Assembly (NCBI GenBank): GCA_002840055.1
Contig: PGZJ01000004.1
Location: 111,236-175,235, forward strand
Length of the DNA stretch: 64,000 nt
Source: Gammaproteobacteria bacterium HGW-Gammaproteobacteria-11
GTDB taxonomy: Bacteria > Pseudomonadota > Gammaproteobacteria > Pseudomonadales > Pseudomonadaceae
Reading direction: 5' to 3'
Below are positions 17,297-27,905 of this stretch, piece by piece (position 1 is the first letter of the stretch; every line of letters starts with the position of its first letter). Made by a program: the position numbers and the translations under genes. The notes under the pieces are model-generated. The model was not told the origin of the DNA, did no database searches, and saw only the letters and a list, made by a program, of their open reading frames with translations.

Positions 17297-18037
17297 GTGG
17301 ACAAATCCTTATTTATCTCCATGAGCGGGGCCAGCCAGAACATGCTGGCCCAGCGTGCGCATGCCAACAATCTGGCCAACGTCAGTACCACCGGCTTTCG
17401 CCGTGACTTTGAGCAGGCGCGTTCCATGCCGGTGTTTGGTGAAACCCTGCCAACCCGCGCTTATGCCATGACCGAGCGCCCGGGCACTGATCTTTCCGTC
17501 GGCAGCATGCAGGAGACCGGACGTGACCTGGATCTGGCGGTTGAAGGTGAAGGCTGGATTGCCGTGCAGGCGCCGGATGGCTCAGAGGCCTATACCCGTG
17601 CCGGTAGTCTGAATATTGACGCTTTCGGTCTGCTGCGCACATCCAGCGGCTTACCGGTGTTGGGCAATGCTGGCCCGATAGCCTTGCCGCCGGCCGACAA
17701 GGTTGAAATCGGGCAGGACGGCACCATCAGCATCCGCGCGCTGGGCGAAGCGCCCAATGTGCTGGCTGAGGTTGATCGGATCAAACTGGTCAAGCCGGAA
17801 GCGGGTTCATTGCGCAAGGGTGAGGATGGCTTGATGCGTGTTGAAGGCGCGCTCGAGCAGGAAGCGGATGCCACTGTGCGGGTTGCCAGCGGTTTTCTGG
17901 AAAGCAGCAACGTCAATGCTGTTGAGGAAATGACCGCCATGCTGTCGTTGGCCCGGCAGTTCGAGTTGCACATCAAGATGATGCGTACCGCTGAAGAAAA
18001 CAGTCAGACAACCAATCGGATTCTACAGGTCAGCTGA
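17297..18037 (+). CDS. flgF: Rod protein FlgF
   Basis: ANNLAN.ST.GFR, EAYTRAG, LESSNVNAV. Confidence 0.95.
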   Translation: MDKSLFISMSGASQNMLAQRAHANNLANVSTTGFRRDFEQARSMPVFGETLPTRAYAMTERPGTDLSVGSMQETGRDLDLAVEGEGWIAVQAPDGSEAYTRAGSLNIDAFGLLRTSSGLPVLGNAGPIALPPADKVEIGQDGTISIRALGEAPNVLAEVDRIKLVKPEAGSLRKGEDGLMRVEGALEQEADATVRVASGFLESSNVNAVEEMTAMLSLARQFELHIKMMRTAEENSQTTNRILQVS

Positions 18038-18083
18038 ATCTTTTGACCGCGCGTCAGCATCCTGACGCGCAAGGAGAGACACC

Positions 18084-18869
18084 ATGCACGCAGCACTTTG
18101 GGTAAGCAAGACCGGCCTGTCCGCCCAGGACACCATGCTCACCACCATTTCCAACAACCTGGCGAACGTGGCGACCACCGGCTTTAAGCGTGATCGTCCC
18201 GAGTTTGAAGACCTGCTTTACCAGATCAAGCGTCAGCCGGGCGCCCAAAGCACCCAGGACACTGAGTTACCCTCAGGCCTGCAACTGGGTACCGGGGTGC
18301 GCGTGGCGGGTACCCAGAAGATTTTTACCATGGGCTCGCTGCAGACCACCGAGCAGCCATTGGATATGGCTATCAATGGCCGCGGCTTTTTCCAGATTCT
18401 GATGCCGGACGGCAACATTGGTTATACCCGTGATGGCAGCTTCCACCTCGATTCCGATGGCCAGATAGTCACGTCCAACGGTTTCCCCCTGGAGCCTGGC
18501 ATTGTTCTGCCCGATGACACCCAGACCTTTACCGTCGGTGAAGATGGCACGGTCAGTGTGGCGGTCTTTGGCGACGCCGCGGTGCAGCAGTTGGGTATTC
18601 TGCAGACCGCCGATTTCATCAATCCGGCTGGTCTTCAGGCGATTGGCAACAACCTGTTCCTGGAGACAGCCTCCAGTGGCGCGCCGCAGGCCGGCAACCC
18701 CGGTCAGAACGGTCTCGGTACGGTGCTGCAGAACACCCTGGAAAATTCCAACGTCAGTGTCGTCGAGGAGCTGGTGAACATGATCACCACCCAACGCGCC
18801 TACGAAATGAATTCCAAGGTGATCTCCACCGCAGATCAGATGCTGCAATACATCAGTCAGAATCTCTGA
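18084..18869 (+). CDS. flgG: Distal rod protein FlgG
   Basis: FEDLLYQ..RQPG, LENSNV, QRAYEMNSK. Confidence 0.97.
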   Translation: MHAALWVSKTGLSAQDTMLTTISNNLANVATTGFKRDRPEFEDLLYQIKRQPGAQSTQDTELPSGLQLGTGVRVAGTQKIFTMGSLQTTEQPLDMAINGRGFFQILMPDGNIGYTRDGSFHLDSDGQIVTSNGFPLEPGIVLPDDTQTFTVGEDGTVSVAVFGDAAVQQLGILQTADFINPAGLQAIGNNLFLETASSGAPQAGNPGQNGLGTVLQNTLENSNVSVVEELVNMITTQRAYEMNSKVISTADQMLQYISQNL

Positions 18870-18884
18870 CAGGAGTGAGATGAC

Positions 18885-19562
18885 ATGAAGCCCCTGCGCC
18901 TTGCCTTGACCCTGATCAGTCTGTCGTTGTTGGCAGCCTGTGTTCAGGTGCCGCCAAAGCCGGATGATCCAGCCTATGCACCTATTCTGCCGCGTACCCC
19001 TATGCCGCCGGAATTGAACAATGGCGCCATCTACCAGTCCGGCTTTGAAGTGAGTCTGTATAACGACCGCAAGGCCCACCGCGTGGGCGACATCATCACC
19101 ATTACCCTGCAGGAGCGCACTGCCGCGCGCAAATCGGCTGACAGTGAAATCAGCAAGGACAGTTCGGTTGATATTGCCAACCCGACCGTCTTTGGCGAAC
19201 CGGTCGAGATTCTCGGACGGGGTCTGGGTGTGAGCATGGGTGGCAGTCGAGCAGCCAATGGCGAGTCCGAGGCCAACCAGAGCAACAGTCTGACCGGCTC
19301 CATTACCGTGACGGTAGCGGAAGTGCTGCCCAACGGCATTTTGCGGGTACGCGGTGAAAAGTGGATCACCCTGAACAATGGTGACGAGTTGATTCGTATT
19401 TCCGGTCTGGTACGCCGCGACGATGTGGGCCCGGATAATACCGTGCCTTCTACCCGTGTGGCCGACGCGCGTATCGCCTACTCGGGCACCGGTGCCTTTG
19501 CCAATGCCAGTCAGCCAGGTTGGCTGAGCCAGTTCTTCCTTAGCCCACTGTGGCCTTTCTAG
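18885..19562 (+). CDS. flgH: L-ring lipoprotein FlgH
   Basis: Lipobox LAAC; D.KA..VGD; C-terminal WPF. Confidence 0.96.
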   Translation: MKPLRLALTLISLSLLAACVQVPPKPDDPAYAPILPRTPMPPELNNGAIYQSGFEVSLYNDRKAHRVGDIITITLQERTAARKSADSEISKDSSVDIANPTVFGEPVEILGRGLGVSMGGSRAANGESEANQSNSLTGSITVTVAEVLPNGILRVRGEKWITLNNGDELIRISGLVRRDDVGPDNTVPSTRVADARIAYSGTGAFANASQPGWLSQFFLSPLWPF

Positions 19563-19567
19563 GAGTC

Positions 19568-20674
19568 ATGCACATGCGCAGCCTACTGATTTTAATGTGC
19601 ATTTTTCTGTTTAGCCCCTTGGCTCAGGCAGAGCGGCTCAAGGATATCGCCAGTATTGCCGGCGTGCGCAGCAACCAGTTGATCGGCTATGGTCTGGTGG
19701 TTGGTCTGGATGGTTCCGGGGACCAGACCAGTCAGACCCCCTTCACGGTGCAGACCTTCAGCAATATGTTGAACGAGTTTGGCATTACCGTACCGCCGGG
19801 CACGCGGATCCAGATGAAGAACGTCGCTGCCGTTGCGATCCATGCGGATCTGCCAGCCTTTGCGCGTCCCGGACAGAATATTGATATCACCGTATCGTCC
19901 ATTGGTAATGCCAAGAGCCTGCGTGGCGGCAGCCTGTTGATGACCCCATTGAAGGGTATCGACGGCCAGGTGTACGCGATTGCCCAGGGTAACCTGGTCG
20001 TCGGTGGTTTCGGCGCCGAGGGCGCTGATGGCTCACGGATCACCGTCAATGTTCCCAGTGTAGGGCGCATACCCGGTGGTGCCACGGTTGAGCGTGCGGT
20101 GCCCAGTGCCTTTGCCAATGGCGAGCATCTGGTTTTTCATCTGAACCGTCCGGACTTTACCACCGCCAAGCGCGTGGTCGACCAGATCAACAGTACCTTC
20201 GGCCCGGATGTTGCCCAGGCCCAGGATGCCGGTTCGATTACTGTCCGCGCGCCTATCGATCCGAACCAGCGGGTCGACTATCTGTCGATGGTTGAAAATC
20301 TGCAGATCGAGCAGGGTAACGCCTCCGCCAGAATCATCATCAACTCGCGTACCGGGACCATTGTCATTGGCCAGGATGTGCGTGTGCAGCCAGCGGCCGT
20401 GACCCATGGCGGGTTGAGCGTGACCATCACCGAGAATGTCCAGGTGAGTCAGCCGGATGGGCCGTTCTCCGCAGGACAGACCGTGGTGACGCCAAGCTCG
20501 CAGATCAATATCGAAGAAGGCGACAGTCGCATGTTCGTTTTCAATCCCGGGGTATCCCTGGATGAAATCGTCCGGGCGGTCAACCAGGTCGGCGCAGCAC
20601 CGGGTGATCTGATGGCCATTCTCGAAGCGTTGAAACAAGCCGGTGCCTTGAACGCCGAGCTGGTTGTAATCTGA
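19568..20674 (+). CDS. flgI: P-ring protein FlgI
   Basis: [27 protein letters not shown]. Confidence 0.96.
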   Translation: MHMRSLLILMCIFLFSPLAQAERLKDIASIAGVRSNQLIGYGLVVGLDGSGDQTSQTPFTVQTFSNMLNEFGITVPPGTRIQMKNVAAVAIHADLPAFARPGQNIDITVSSIGNAKSLRGGSLLMTPLKGIDGQVYAIAQGNLVVGGFGAEGADGSRITVNVPSVGRIPGGATVERAVPSAFANGEHLVFHLNRPDFTTAKRVVDQINSTFGPDVAQAQDAGSITVRAPIDPNQRVDYLSMVENLQIEQGNASARIIINSRTGTIVIGQDVRVQPAAVTHGGLSVTITENVQVSQPDGPFSAGQTVVTPSSQINIEEGDSRMFVFNPGVSLDEIVRAVNQVGAAPGDLMAILEALKQAGALNAELVVI

Positions 20675-20688
20675 GCGAGGACGGGATC

Positions 20689-21816
20689 ATGAATCCGAAC
20701 AGCATCAGTTATACCGATCTCAATGCCATGACGGCACTCAAGGCGGGCTCGAATGCCAATAGCCAGGAGAACATCCGTCGTGTTGCAGAGCAGTTCGAGT
20801 CGCTGTTTCTGAACATGATGGTCAAGAGCATGCGCGATGCCAACGCGGTGTTTGCAGAGGGCAACCCGTTGAATACGCCGCAAACCCGTTTTTATCAGGA
20901 CATGTACGACAACCAGATGTCGGTGCATCTGGCCGAAAAGCAGGGCGTGGGTCTGGCGGAAGTCATGATGCGTCAGTTGTCGCCTAATTCAGATCGAGCG
21001 CCTGCAGCCTTGTCAGTGGACAATCCCCAGGCAACTGCGCCTCAGGATCATTCCGCACTGCTGGCGCGGCGCAGGCTGGCTTTTGCTCTGGGCAGCTCAG
21101 CGTACACCGGCATCGCCGCCAGCACGGCCGCTGCCCCAGCGCCGACCGGACCGGCTGGCGCCGTTGAGATGCAGCCACTGCGCGCCTTGCAGGCCGCTTT
21201 GCGGCAGTCTCCAGTAGAACGGGATACTAACCCCATGCGGAATGCCCAGGCACCTGCCGTGGCCAGTGGCGAGCCGTTGCCGCGTTCCGGTCAAGGTCGC
21301 TTCAACAGTCCGCAGGAGTTTGTCAGCACCATGCTGCCCATGGCTGAAAAGGCCGCTGCCCGGTTGGGCGTGGACCCCCATTACCTGGTGGCCCAGGCTG
21401 CCCTGGAAACCGGTTGGGGCAAATCAGTCATTCGTCAGTCTGACGGCAGTAGCAGCCACAATCTGTTCGGTATCAAATCCCATGGTGGCTGGCAGGGTGA
21501 CTCGGCCAGTGTCATGACCCACGAATACCGTGAAGGCGTGCGCATGAACGAACGCGCCAGCTTCCGCAGTTATGAATCCTACGAGCAGAGCTTTGAGGAT
21601 TATGTCGATTTCCTGCAGGGTAACCGTCGCTATCAGCAGGCCTTGGGCAGCACATCCAACCCCGACAGTTTCTTCCGTGAATTGCAGCAGGCTGGCTATG
21701 CCACCGATCCGCAATACGCACGCAAGATTTCCCAGATTGCTCGGCAGTTGCTGAGCAACAGTAATAACAATGTTGCCAGCCAGACTGACGCTCCGGCCGC
21801 ACAGGGTAGGGTATAA
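20689..21816 (+). CDS. flgJ: Rod cap/peptidoglycan hydrolase FlgJ
   Basis: QFES.F..MM.KSMR; AQAALETGWG; GYATDP. Confidence 0.96.
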   Translation: MNPNSISYTDLNAMTALKAGSNANSQENIRRVAEQFESLFLNMMVKSMRDANAVFAEGNPLNTPQTRFYQDMYDNQMSVHLAEKQGVGLAEVMMRQLSPNSDRAPAALSVDNPQATAPQDHSALLARRRLAFALGSSAYTGIAASTAAAPAPTGPAGAVEMQPLRALQAALRQSPVERDTNPMRNAQAPAVASGEPLPRSGQGRFNSPQEFVSTMLPMAEKAAARLGVDPHYLVAQAALETGWGKSVIRQSDGSSSHNLFGIKSHGGWQGDSASVMTHEYREGVRMNERASFRSYESYEQSFEDYVDFLQGNRRYQQALGSTSNPDSFFRELQQAGYATDPQYARKISQIARQLLSNSNNNVASQTDAPAAQGRV

Positions 21817-21818
21817 GC

Positions 21819-23795
21819 ATGGCTGATCTGTTTAATATTGGCTTGAGCGGATTGCGCGCCAGCCAGACTCAACTGGCGGTAACCGGGCAGAACATCACCA
21901 ACGTCAATACGCCCGGCTACAGTCGTCAGACCGCCCTGCAGGAGGCGCGTAATCCGAGCTTTACCGGATCCGGTTATATCGGCAACGGCACCAACGTGGT
22001 TGATGTTCAGCGGGTCTACAACCAGTTCTTGACCAATCAGGTGCGCACCAGTACCTCGGTCAATGCCGAAGTGACGGCCTTTCAGTCACAGATGGAAGAA
22101 CTCACCGCGTTGCTTGCCAGCAATGCCACCGGCATTACGCCCGGTTTGCAGAACTTTTTTGATGCGCTGCAAACCTCTATCGAAGACCCGGCCAGTCTGC
22201 CTGCACGGCAGCTGTTTTTGTCCGAGTCTGAAGGCCTGTCCTCACGTTTCAACACCGTGCAGGAGCGCCTCTCGACACAAACCGAGTTTATCAATCAGCA
22301 GATGAACACCCTGGCAGGGCAGGTCAGTCGCCTGTCCGAATCCATTGCCAAATACAATGATTCGATTGCCAAGGCCGCTGCCAATGGTGCGCAACCCAAC
22401 GACCTGCTCGATGCCCGTGACGAGACCGTGCGCCAGCTCAGTGAACTGATCGGTATCACCGTGGTGCAGCAGGACCGCGATACCATCAATATTTTCGTCG
22501 GCTCCGGTCAGCCTCTGGTGGTCGGCAAGGATGCCTCGAGCCTTAAAGTGCAACAGGGTCGTTCGGATCCCGGGCGTGCCGAGCTGGTGCTCGCCAGCGG
22601 CGGCTCCGAGCAGGACATTACCCGGCTGGTCAGCGGTGGCGAACTCGGTGGGCTGATTCGCTATCGGCAGGATGTGCTGGATCAGGCCATGAATGCGGTG
22701 GGACGTCTTGCCCTGTCCATATCCAGTGAAATCAACGATCAACTCGGAAAGGGACTGGATATCAACGGCCAGGCTGGCGGCCAGCTGTTCAAGGACATCA
22801 ACAGCCAGGATCAGGTCGATCTGCGTAGCCGTGGCTTGCCCACCAACTCGGACCCCAATGCGCGCCTTAATATTCTGATCAGTGACACCAGCCAACTCAG
22901 TACCTCGGATTATGAAGTGCTGTTTACCAGTGCCACCGAATACAGTGTCAGACGTGTATCTGACAACACGCTTAGCGGTCCCTATGACATAACCGATCCA
23001 ACGCCCACAGAGCTGGACGGTTTTACTATCAGTCTTGAGACCGGCGGTACCACGGCGGCTGGCGATCGTTTTCTGCTGACACCTACGCGTTTTGGCTCAG
23101 GCAGCATGGAAACGGTTATGCAGCAGCCTGAGGCATTGGCATTCGCCGCACCGGCACGCTCTGATGCCAGCCTGGACAACCGTGGCACCGCCAAGATTAC
23201 CCAGCCGACCCTGGTGGACGGACCGCAGCCGATTGTGCCGGCCGATATGCAGGCCTTTTTACCGATCGACTTCAGCTATGACCAGACCACCAATGAGCTC
23301 ACCCTGACCAGCGCCTTTGGTCCGGTCAATCCGGCAACCATCGCCATTACCCCGGGTCAGACCAATGCCCTGGAGTGGGAGATCGACGGCTATAGTTTCA
23401 GCATGAACATGACCGGTACGCCACTGGATGGCGATACCTTTGAGGTCAATTTCAACACCGGGCGTTCGGACAACCGCAACGCCCTGACGCTGTCAGGATT
23501 GCAGACCGACGCCGTACTGGGTCAGGCTAACGGCGCAGCCGGGTTCTCCTTCGTTGATGGTTACGGTGATCTGGTTCAGCGGGTTGCTACCTTTACTGCC
23601 CAGGCCCGTTCCGACTCCGAAGCCAGTGGCGCGGTGCTGAAGCAGGCGCAGAACAACCGTGATTCCGTGTCTGCCGTGAACCTCGATGAGGAGGCAGCCA
23701 ACCTGATTCGCTTTGAGCAGTATTACAACGCCTCAGCTCAGGTAATACAGATAGCCCGTTCAGTATTTGATACATTGATCAACAGTCTTCGCTGA
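21819..23795 (+). CDS. flgK: Hook-associated protein FlgK
   Basis: NITNVNTPGYSRQ; VNLDEEAANL. Confidence 0.96.
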   Translation: MADLFNIGLSGLRASQTQLAVTGQNITNVNTPGYSRQTALQEARNPSFTGSGYIGNGTNVVDVQRVYNQFLTNQVRTSTSVNAEVTAFQSQMEELTALLASNATGITPGLQNFFDALQTSIEDPASLPARQLFLSESEGLSSRFNTVQERLSTQTEFINQQMNTLAGQVSRLSESIAKYNDSIAKAAANGAQPNDLLDARDETVRQLSELIGITVVQQDRDTINIFVGSGQPLVVGKDASSLKVQQGRSDPGRAELVLASGGSEQDITRLVSGGELGGLIRYRQDVLDQAMNAVGRLALSISSEINDQLGKGLDINGQAGGQLFKDINSQDQVDLRSRGLPTNSDPNARLNILISDTSQLSTSDYEVLFTSATEYSVRRVSDNTLSGPYDITDPTPTELDGFTISLETGGTTAAGDRFLLTPTRFGSGSMETVMQQPEALAFAAPARSDASLDNRGTAKITQPTLVDGPQPIVPADMQAFLPIDFSYDQTTNELTLTSAFGPVNPATIAITPGQTNALEWEIDGYSFSMNMTGTPLDGDTFEVNFNTGRSDNRNALTLSGLQTDAVLGQANGAAGFSFVDGYGDLVQRVATFTAQARSDSEASGAVLKQAQNNRDSVSAVNLDEEAANLIRFEQYYNASAQVIQIARSVFDTLINSLR

Positions 23796-23808
23796 CAGGT
23801 AACCGGCC

Positions 23809-25059
23809 ATGCGCATTTCGACGATTCAGGCATTCAATAATGGTGTTCAGGGCATCCAGAACAACTATGCCAAGGTGTCGCGTACCCAGGAGCAGGTCAG
23901 TACCGGACAGCGTCTGCTGTCGCCGGCGGATGACCCGGTCGCCAGCGTACGACTGCTGCAGTTGAATCAGGAGGCCAATAAGCTGGCGCAGTACAAGGAT
24001 AACCTGACTGCTGCGACCAACAGCCTGAATCAGGAGGAGGCGACGCTGACCGCTGTCACCAATACCCTGCAGCGCGTGCGTGAAATCGCCCTGCAATCAG
24101 GTAATGCCACGCTGACGGTGGTCGAGCGTCAGGCCCTGGCCCAGGAACTGGTTGAACGTGAGGAGGAGCTGTTCAACCTGTTCAATAGCCGCAACGCCCG
24201 TGGTGAGTATCTGTTTGGGGGCTTTCAGAGTCAGACGCCGCCCTTTGTTCAGGATCCCGATGGCAGTTACCGCTATGAGGGTGATGAAGGGCAGCGGGCG
24301 ATTCAGATCGCCGGCTCGAAACAGGTTGCCATCAACGATAATGGCAAGGCGCTGTTTGTTGATGTGCCCAACGTCAACCGTGTCGTCACTGAGACCCTGA
24401 CAGGTACAGCGCGCATCTCGCTTGGCGTGGTGGAAGACAAACTGGCCTATGACACTGACTTTTATCCCAACGACAGCGTGACCATTCGCATTGGTGTCGA
24501 TGGTGAGAGTTACGAGATTTTCGGCAACCTTGATCCGCTCACACCCATTGCCTCCGGGACTATTGAGCCTAATGAGGATCAGAGTTACCAAATCCGTGTC
24601 GCGGGGGTGGTCGTTACACTGGATGGTGAGCTGGCGGAAAACGATGAATTCCAGATTACCCGGGGTGCCACGGTTGCCACTGAAGACAACCGCGAGAAAC
24701 GCGGCATCCTGCAGACCATAGCTCTGTTGCGTGAAACCCTGGAAACGGCGGATGATTCGACTGAGGGTCGGTTGCAGCGTCGTGATGTGCTGGCAGTCAG
24801 CCTGGACAATCTGGACAATGCCATGGGCAGCGTACTGAATGTGCAAACCAGTGTCGGTGCGCGGCTGAATGTGATCGAGTCAACGGAAAATGAAAATGCC
24901 GAGGTCACGCTGATCAATACCACGGTACAGGCCCAGCTATCCGAACTGGATTATGCCGAGGCCCTGAGCCGATTGAGCTTTGAAACCATCGTGCTGCAGG
25001 CGGCGCAGCAAAGTTTCGTCAAAACCAGCAGTTTGAGCCTGTTCAACCTGTTGCGTTGA
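23809..25059 (+). CDS. flgL: Hook-associated protein FlgL
   Basis: MRIST, STG.R...PADDP, GEYLFGG, LSLFNLLR. Confidence 0.96.
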   Translation: MRISTIQAFNNGVQGIQNNYAKVSRTQEQVSTGQRLLSPADDPVASVRLLQLNQEANKLAQYKDNLTAATNSLNQEEATLTAVTNTLQRVREIALQSGNATLTVVERQALAQELVEREEELFNLFNSRNARGEYLFGGFQSQTPPFVQDPDGSYRYEGDEGQRAIQIAGSKQVAINDNGKALFVDVPNVNRVVTETLTGTARISLGVVEDKLAYDTDFYPNDSVTIRIGVDGESYEIFGNLDPLTPIASGTIEPNEDQSYQIRVAGVVVTLDGELAENDEFQITRGATVATEDNREKRGILQTIALLRETLETADDSTEGRLQRRDVLAVSLDNLDNAMGSVLNVQTSVGARLNVIESTENENAEVTLINTTVQAQLSELDYAEALSRLSFETIVLQAAQQSFVKTSSLSLFNLLR

Positions 25060-25444
25060 TCTGCCCCAGGGTATCCAGGATAGGGCATTGCGGGCGTGCA
25101 TCACCCTGGCAGCAATCAGCCAGATTCGACAGGGTCCGATGCATGGCCTGCAGGCTGGCAATCTTTTCCTCGAGCTGGCGCAGATGCCCGGCGGTCAGGG
25201 CCTTGACTTCGGCACTGCTGCGGTCCGCATCCTGCCACAGGGCCAACAACTGGGTAATCTGTTCAATACTGAAACCCAGACTGCGGCTGCGCTGGATAAA
25301 GCGCAGGGTATGCAGTTGTTGCTCATCGTAATGCCGATAACCAGCCTCACTGCGCTGAGTCGCGGGTAGCAAACCCACCGCCTCATAGTGGCGAATCATG
25401 CGCGCGCTCAAGCCGCTGGCGGCGGCCGCCTGACCTATGTTCAT
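25043..25444 (-). CDS. cueR: Cu(I)-responsive MerR-family regulator CueR
   Basis: MNIGQAA HTH; CCQGDARPQCPIL metal loop; ATGA-coupled to copA. Confidence 0.93.
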   Translation of the reverse strand: MNIGQAAAASGLSARMIRHYEAVGLLPATQRSEAGYRHYDEQQLHTLRFIQRSRSLGFSIEQITQLLALWQDADRSSAEVKALTAGHLRQLEEKIASLQAMHRTLSNLADCCQGDARPQCPILDTLGQINATG

Positions 25445-27828
25445 GTTTCCTCCGGTTTCCAGCGCTTCAACAGCAGGGCATTGCCCACCACGCTGACACT
25501 ACTCAACGCCATGAAGGCTCCTGCCAGCATCGGGTTGAGCAGGCCAACCGCGGCCAACGGAATGCCCAGGCAATTGTAGATGAAGGCCCAGAACAGGTTC
25601 TGGCGGATCTTGCGCCAGGTCTGCCTGGAAATGGCCAAGGCGGCCGGGATAGTCAGAGGGTCGCCGCGCATCAGAGTAATGCCGGCGCTGTGCATGGCCA
25701 CATCGGTGCCGGTCGACATGGCCATGCCGACATCCGCCGCCGCCAAAGCCGGCGCATCATTGATACCGTCGCCTATCATGGCCACGACCCGGCCTTCAGC
25801 ACGCAGCCGCTGCACATGCCCGGCCTTGTCCTCCGGCAGTACCTGCGCCGCCACATGCGTTATGCCCAATTGGCTGGCCACGGCATCGGCAGCAGCCTGA
25901 CTGTCACCGCTGATCAGCCAGCTGTCGATTCCGAGTTTATCCAGTTGCTGCAAGGTGGCTGCTGCGCTGGGCTTGAGGGTGTCGGCAAAGGCCATAAGCG
26001 CTATCACCTGTGCCGGTTGACCCTCGATCGCCAGCCACGACAGGGTATTACCCTTGGCTTCATAGGCTGCAATCTGCTCAGCATAGCGACTCAAATCAAT
26101 ACCCTGTTGCTGCATCAGCAAAGCATTCCCCAGCCAGGCCTGTTGGCCCTTGACCTTGCCACCGGCGCCGCGTCCGGCCTGGACCAGAAAATCGCTGGCA
26201 GCCGCTATCCCGTCCGACAGCTGTCCGGCCTTTTGCAGCAAGGCATGCGCCAGTGGGTGTTCACTGTGTTTCTGGATGGCCACGGCAATGGCCATGGCCT
26301 GCTGCTGATCACATCCATTCAATGCATCAAAGCCAACCAGCTCCGGCTTGCCGAGGGTCAGGGTGCCGGTCTTGTCAAAGACCATGGTGTCGACCTTGTG
26401 GGCCAGTTCCAGGGCCTGGGCGTCGCGGATCAGAATGCCGTGTTTGGCCGCCACGCCGGTGCCGACCATGATGGCTGTAGGGGTCGCCAGGCCGAGCGCA
26501 CAGGGGCAGGCAATGACCAGGACGGCAATGGCATTCAACAGGGCCTGTTCGTTACCAAACCAGAGGCTGCCAATGGCCCAGCTAAGCAAGGCAATCACCA
26601 CGACCACTGGTACGAAAACTGCACTGACACGGTCAACCAGGCGTTGGATCGGTGCCTTGGAGGCTTGCGCGCTTTCCACCAGGCGAACAATACGCGCGAG
26701 CATGGTGTCATGCCCCACGGCGAGGGTTTCGATTATCAACAACCCGTCCAGATTCATTGAGCCGGCCTTGACCGCATCGCCGGGCTGCCGACTGACGGGC
26801 AGGCTCTCGCCCGTCAACATGGATTCGTCAACATGGCTGCCACCGTCCTGGACCTGGGCATCAACCGGAACGCGCTCACCGGGTTGCACCACCAGCAGAT
26901 CGCCGGCCTTGATCTGTCCCAGCGGCACCAGTTGATCACCCTCGGATGTGCGCAATCGTGCGGTATCGGGCCTGAGCGCGGTAAGGGCCCGGATCGCTTC
27001 GAGGGTTTGGCCCTTGGCCCGGCTTTCCAGATATTTGCCCAGCAGTACAAAGCTGACAATCACTGCCGAGGCTTCGTAATAGAGCACGGGCATCACGCCT
27101 GGATCGGCACTGATCAGATGCCAGGTGCTCAGGGACCAGCCGGCAGTGGTGCCCATGACCACCAGCATATCCATATTCCCGGTCAGATTGCGCAGGGCAT
27201 GCCAGGCACCGCGGTAGAAGCGTGCACCAAAGTAGAATTGCACGACAGAGGCCAGCAGTAGCTGCAGCAGCGGCGGTACCATAAGGTCGGGTCGACCAAC
27301 CATGTGTGGCAGCATGGTCAGCGCCAGCGGGGCGCTGAGCAGTCCGGCCAGCAGCACATGGCGCCGTTCTCGCCTGAGTTGCTCAGACTGCTGTGCTTTA
27401 TCGCTTGCCGTCGGCGCTGTCAGCCATTGCCCCGGGTATCCGGCACTGGCCAGGGCATCGAGAATAGCCTGATGCTCAAGCCCGGCCAGAACCCGTATCT
27501 GTGCCTGCTCACTGGCCAGGTTGACTTCTGCACTGAGAACGCCAGGCACGCCGAGCAAGGCTGTTTCTGCACGGCGAACACAACTGGCGCAGCTCAAACG
27601 CTCCAGCCGCAGTTGCAGTGTTTCCTCGGCCAGACTGTAGCCAGCCTGGGTCAGCGCTTTGCGCACCCCATCCAGTTGCGCGGCATCGTCAAGTTCCAGG
27701 CGTGCACTGTCGGTTGCCAGGTTGACCTCTGCCTTGTGAACACCCGGACTCGATGCCAGCGCTGTTTCAACTCGCCGGACACAGCTGGCGCAGGTCATAC
27801 CCTGGATGTGCAGGTCAAGACTGATCAT
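25441..27828 (-). CDS. copA: Copper-translocating P1B ATPase with two N-terminal HMA domains
   Basis: MTCASC and LSCASC; TGES; CPC; DKTGT; GDGINDAP; YN; start at ATG 27828 after GAGG. Confidence 0.95.
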   Translation of the reverse strand: MISLDLHIQGMTCASCVRRVETALASSPGVHKAEVNLATDSARLELDDAAQLDGVRKALTQAGYSLAEETLQLRLERLSCASCVRRAETALLGVPGVLSAEVNLASEQAQIRVLAGLEHQAILDALASAGYPGQWLTAPTASDKAQQSEQLRRERRHVLLAGLLSAPLALTMLPHMVGRPDLMVPPLLQLLLASVVQFYFGARFYRGAWHALRNLTGNMDMLVVMGTTAGWSLSTWHLISADPGVMPVLYYEASAVIVSFVLLGKYLESRAKGQTLEAIRALTALRPDTARLRTSEGDQLVPLGQIKAGDLLVVQPGERVPVDAQVQDGGSHVDESMLTGESLPVSRQPGDAVKAGSMNLDGLLIIETLAVGHDTMLARIVRLVESAQASKAPIQRLVDRVSAVFVPVVVVIALLSWAIGSLWFGNEQALLNAIAVLVIACPCALGLATPTAIMVGTGVAAKHGILIRDAQALELAHKVDTMVFDKTGTLTLGKPELVGFDALNGCDQQQAMAIAVAIQKHSEHPLAHALLQKAGQLSDGIAAASDFLVQAGRGAGGKVKGQQAWLGNALLMQQQGIDLSRYAEQIAAYEAKGNTLSWLAIEGQPAQVIALMAFADTLKPSAAATLQQLDKLGIDSWLISGDSQAAADAVASQLGITHVAAQVLPEDKAGHVQRLRAEGRVVAMIGDGINDAPALAAADVGMAMSTGTDVAMHSAGITLMRGDPLTIPAALAISRQTWRKIRQNLFWAFIYNCLGIPLAAVGLLNPMLAGAFMALSSVSVVGNALLLKRWKPEET

Positions 27829-27855
27829 GTTCTTTCCTCGATTCTGGATGGTCAC

Positions 27856-27886
27856 AGTCTGAAGCTTGACGTCATGTCAAGGTCAA
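27856..27886 (-). promoter_or_regulatory. CueR-dependent promoter of copA-cueR
   Basis: TTGACC-19 bp-CAGACT with the dyad CTTGAC-N5-GTCAAG in the spacer, the MerR-type architecture. Confidence 0.88.
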
Positions 27887-27905
27887 GCGCTCTGAGTATG
27901 TCCTT

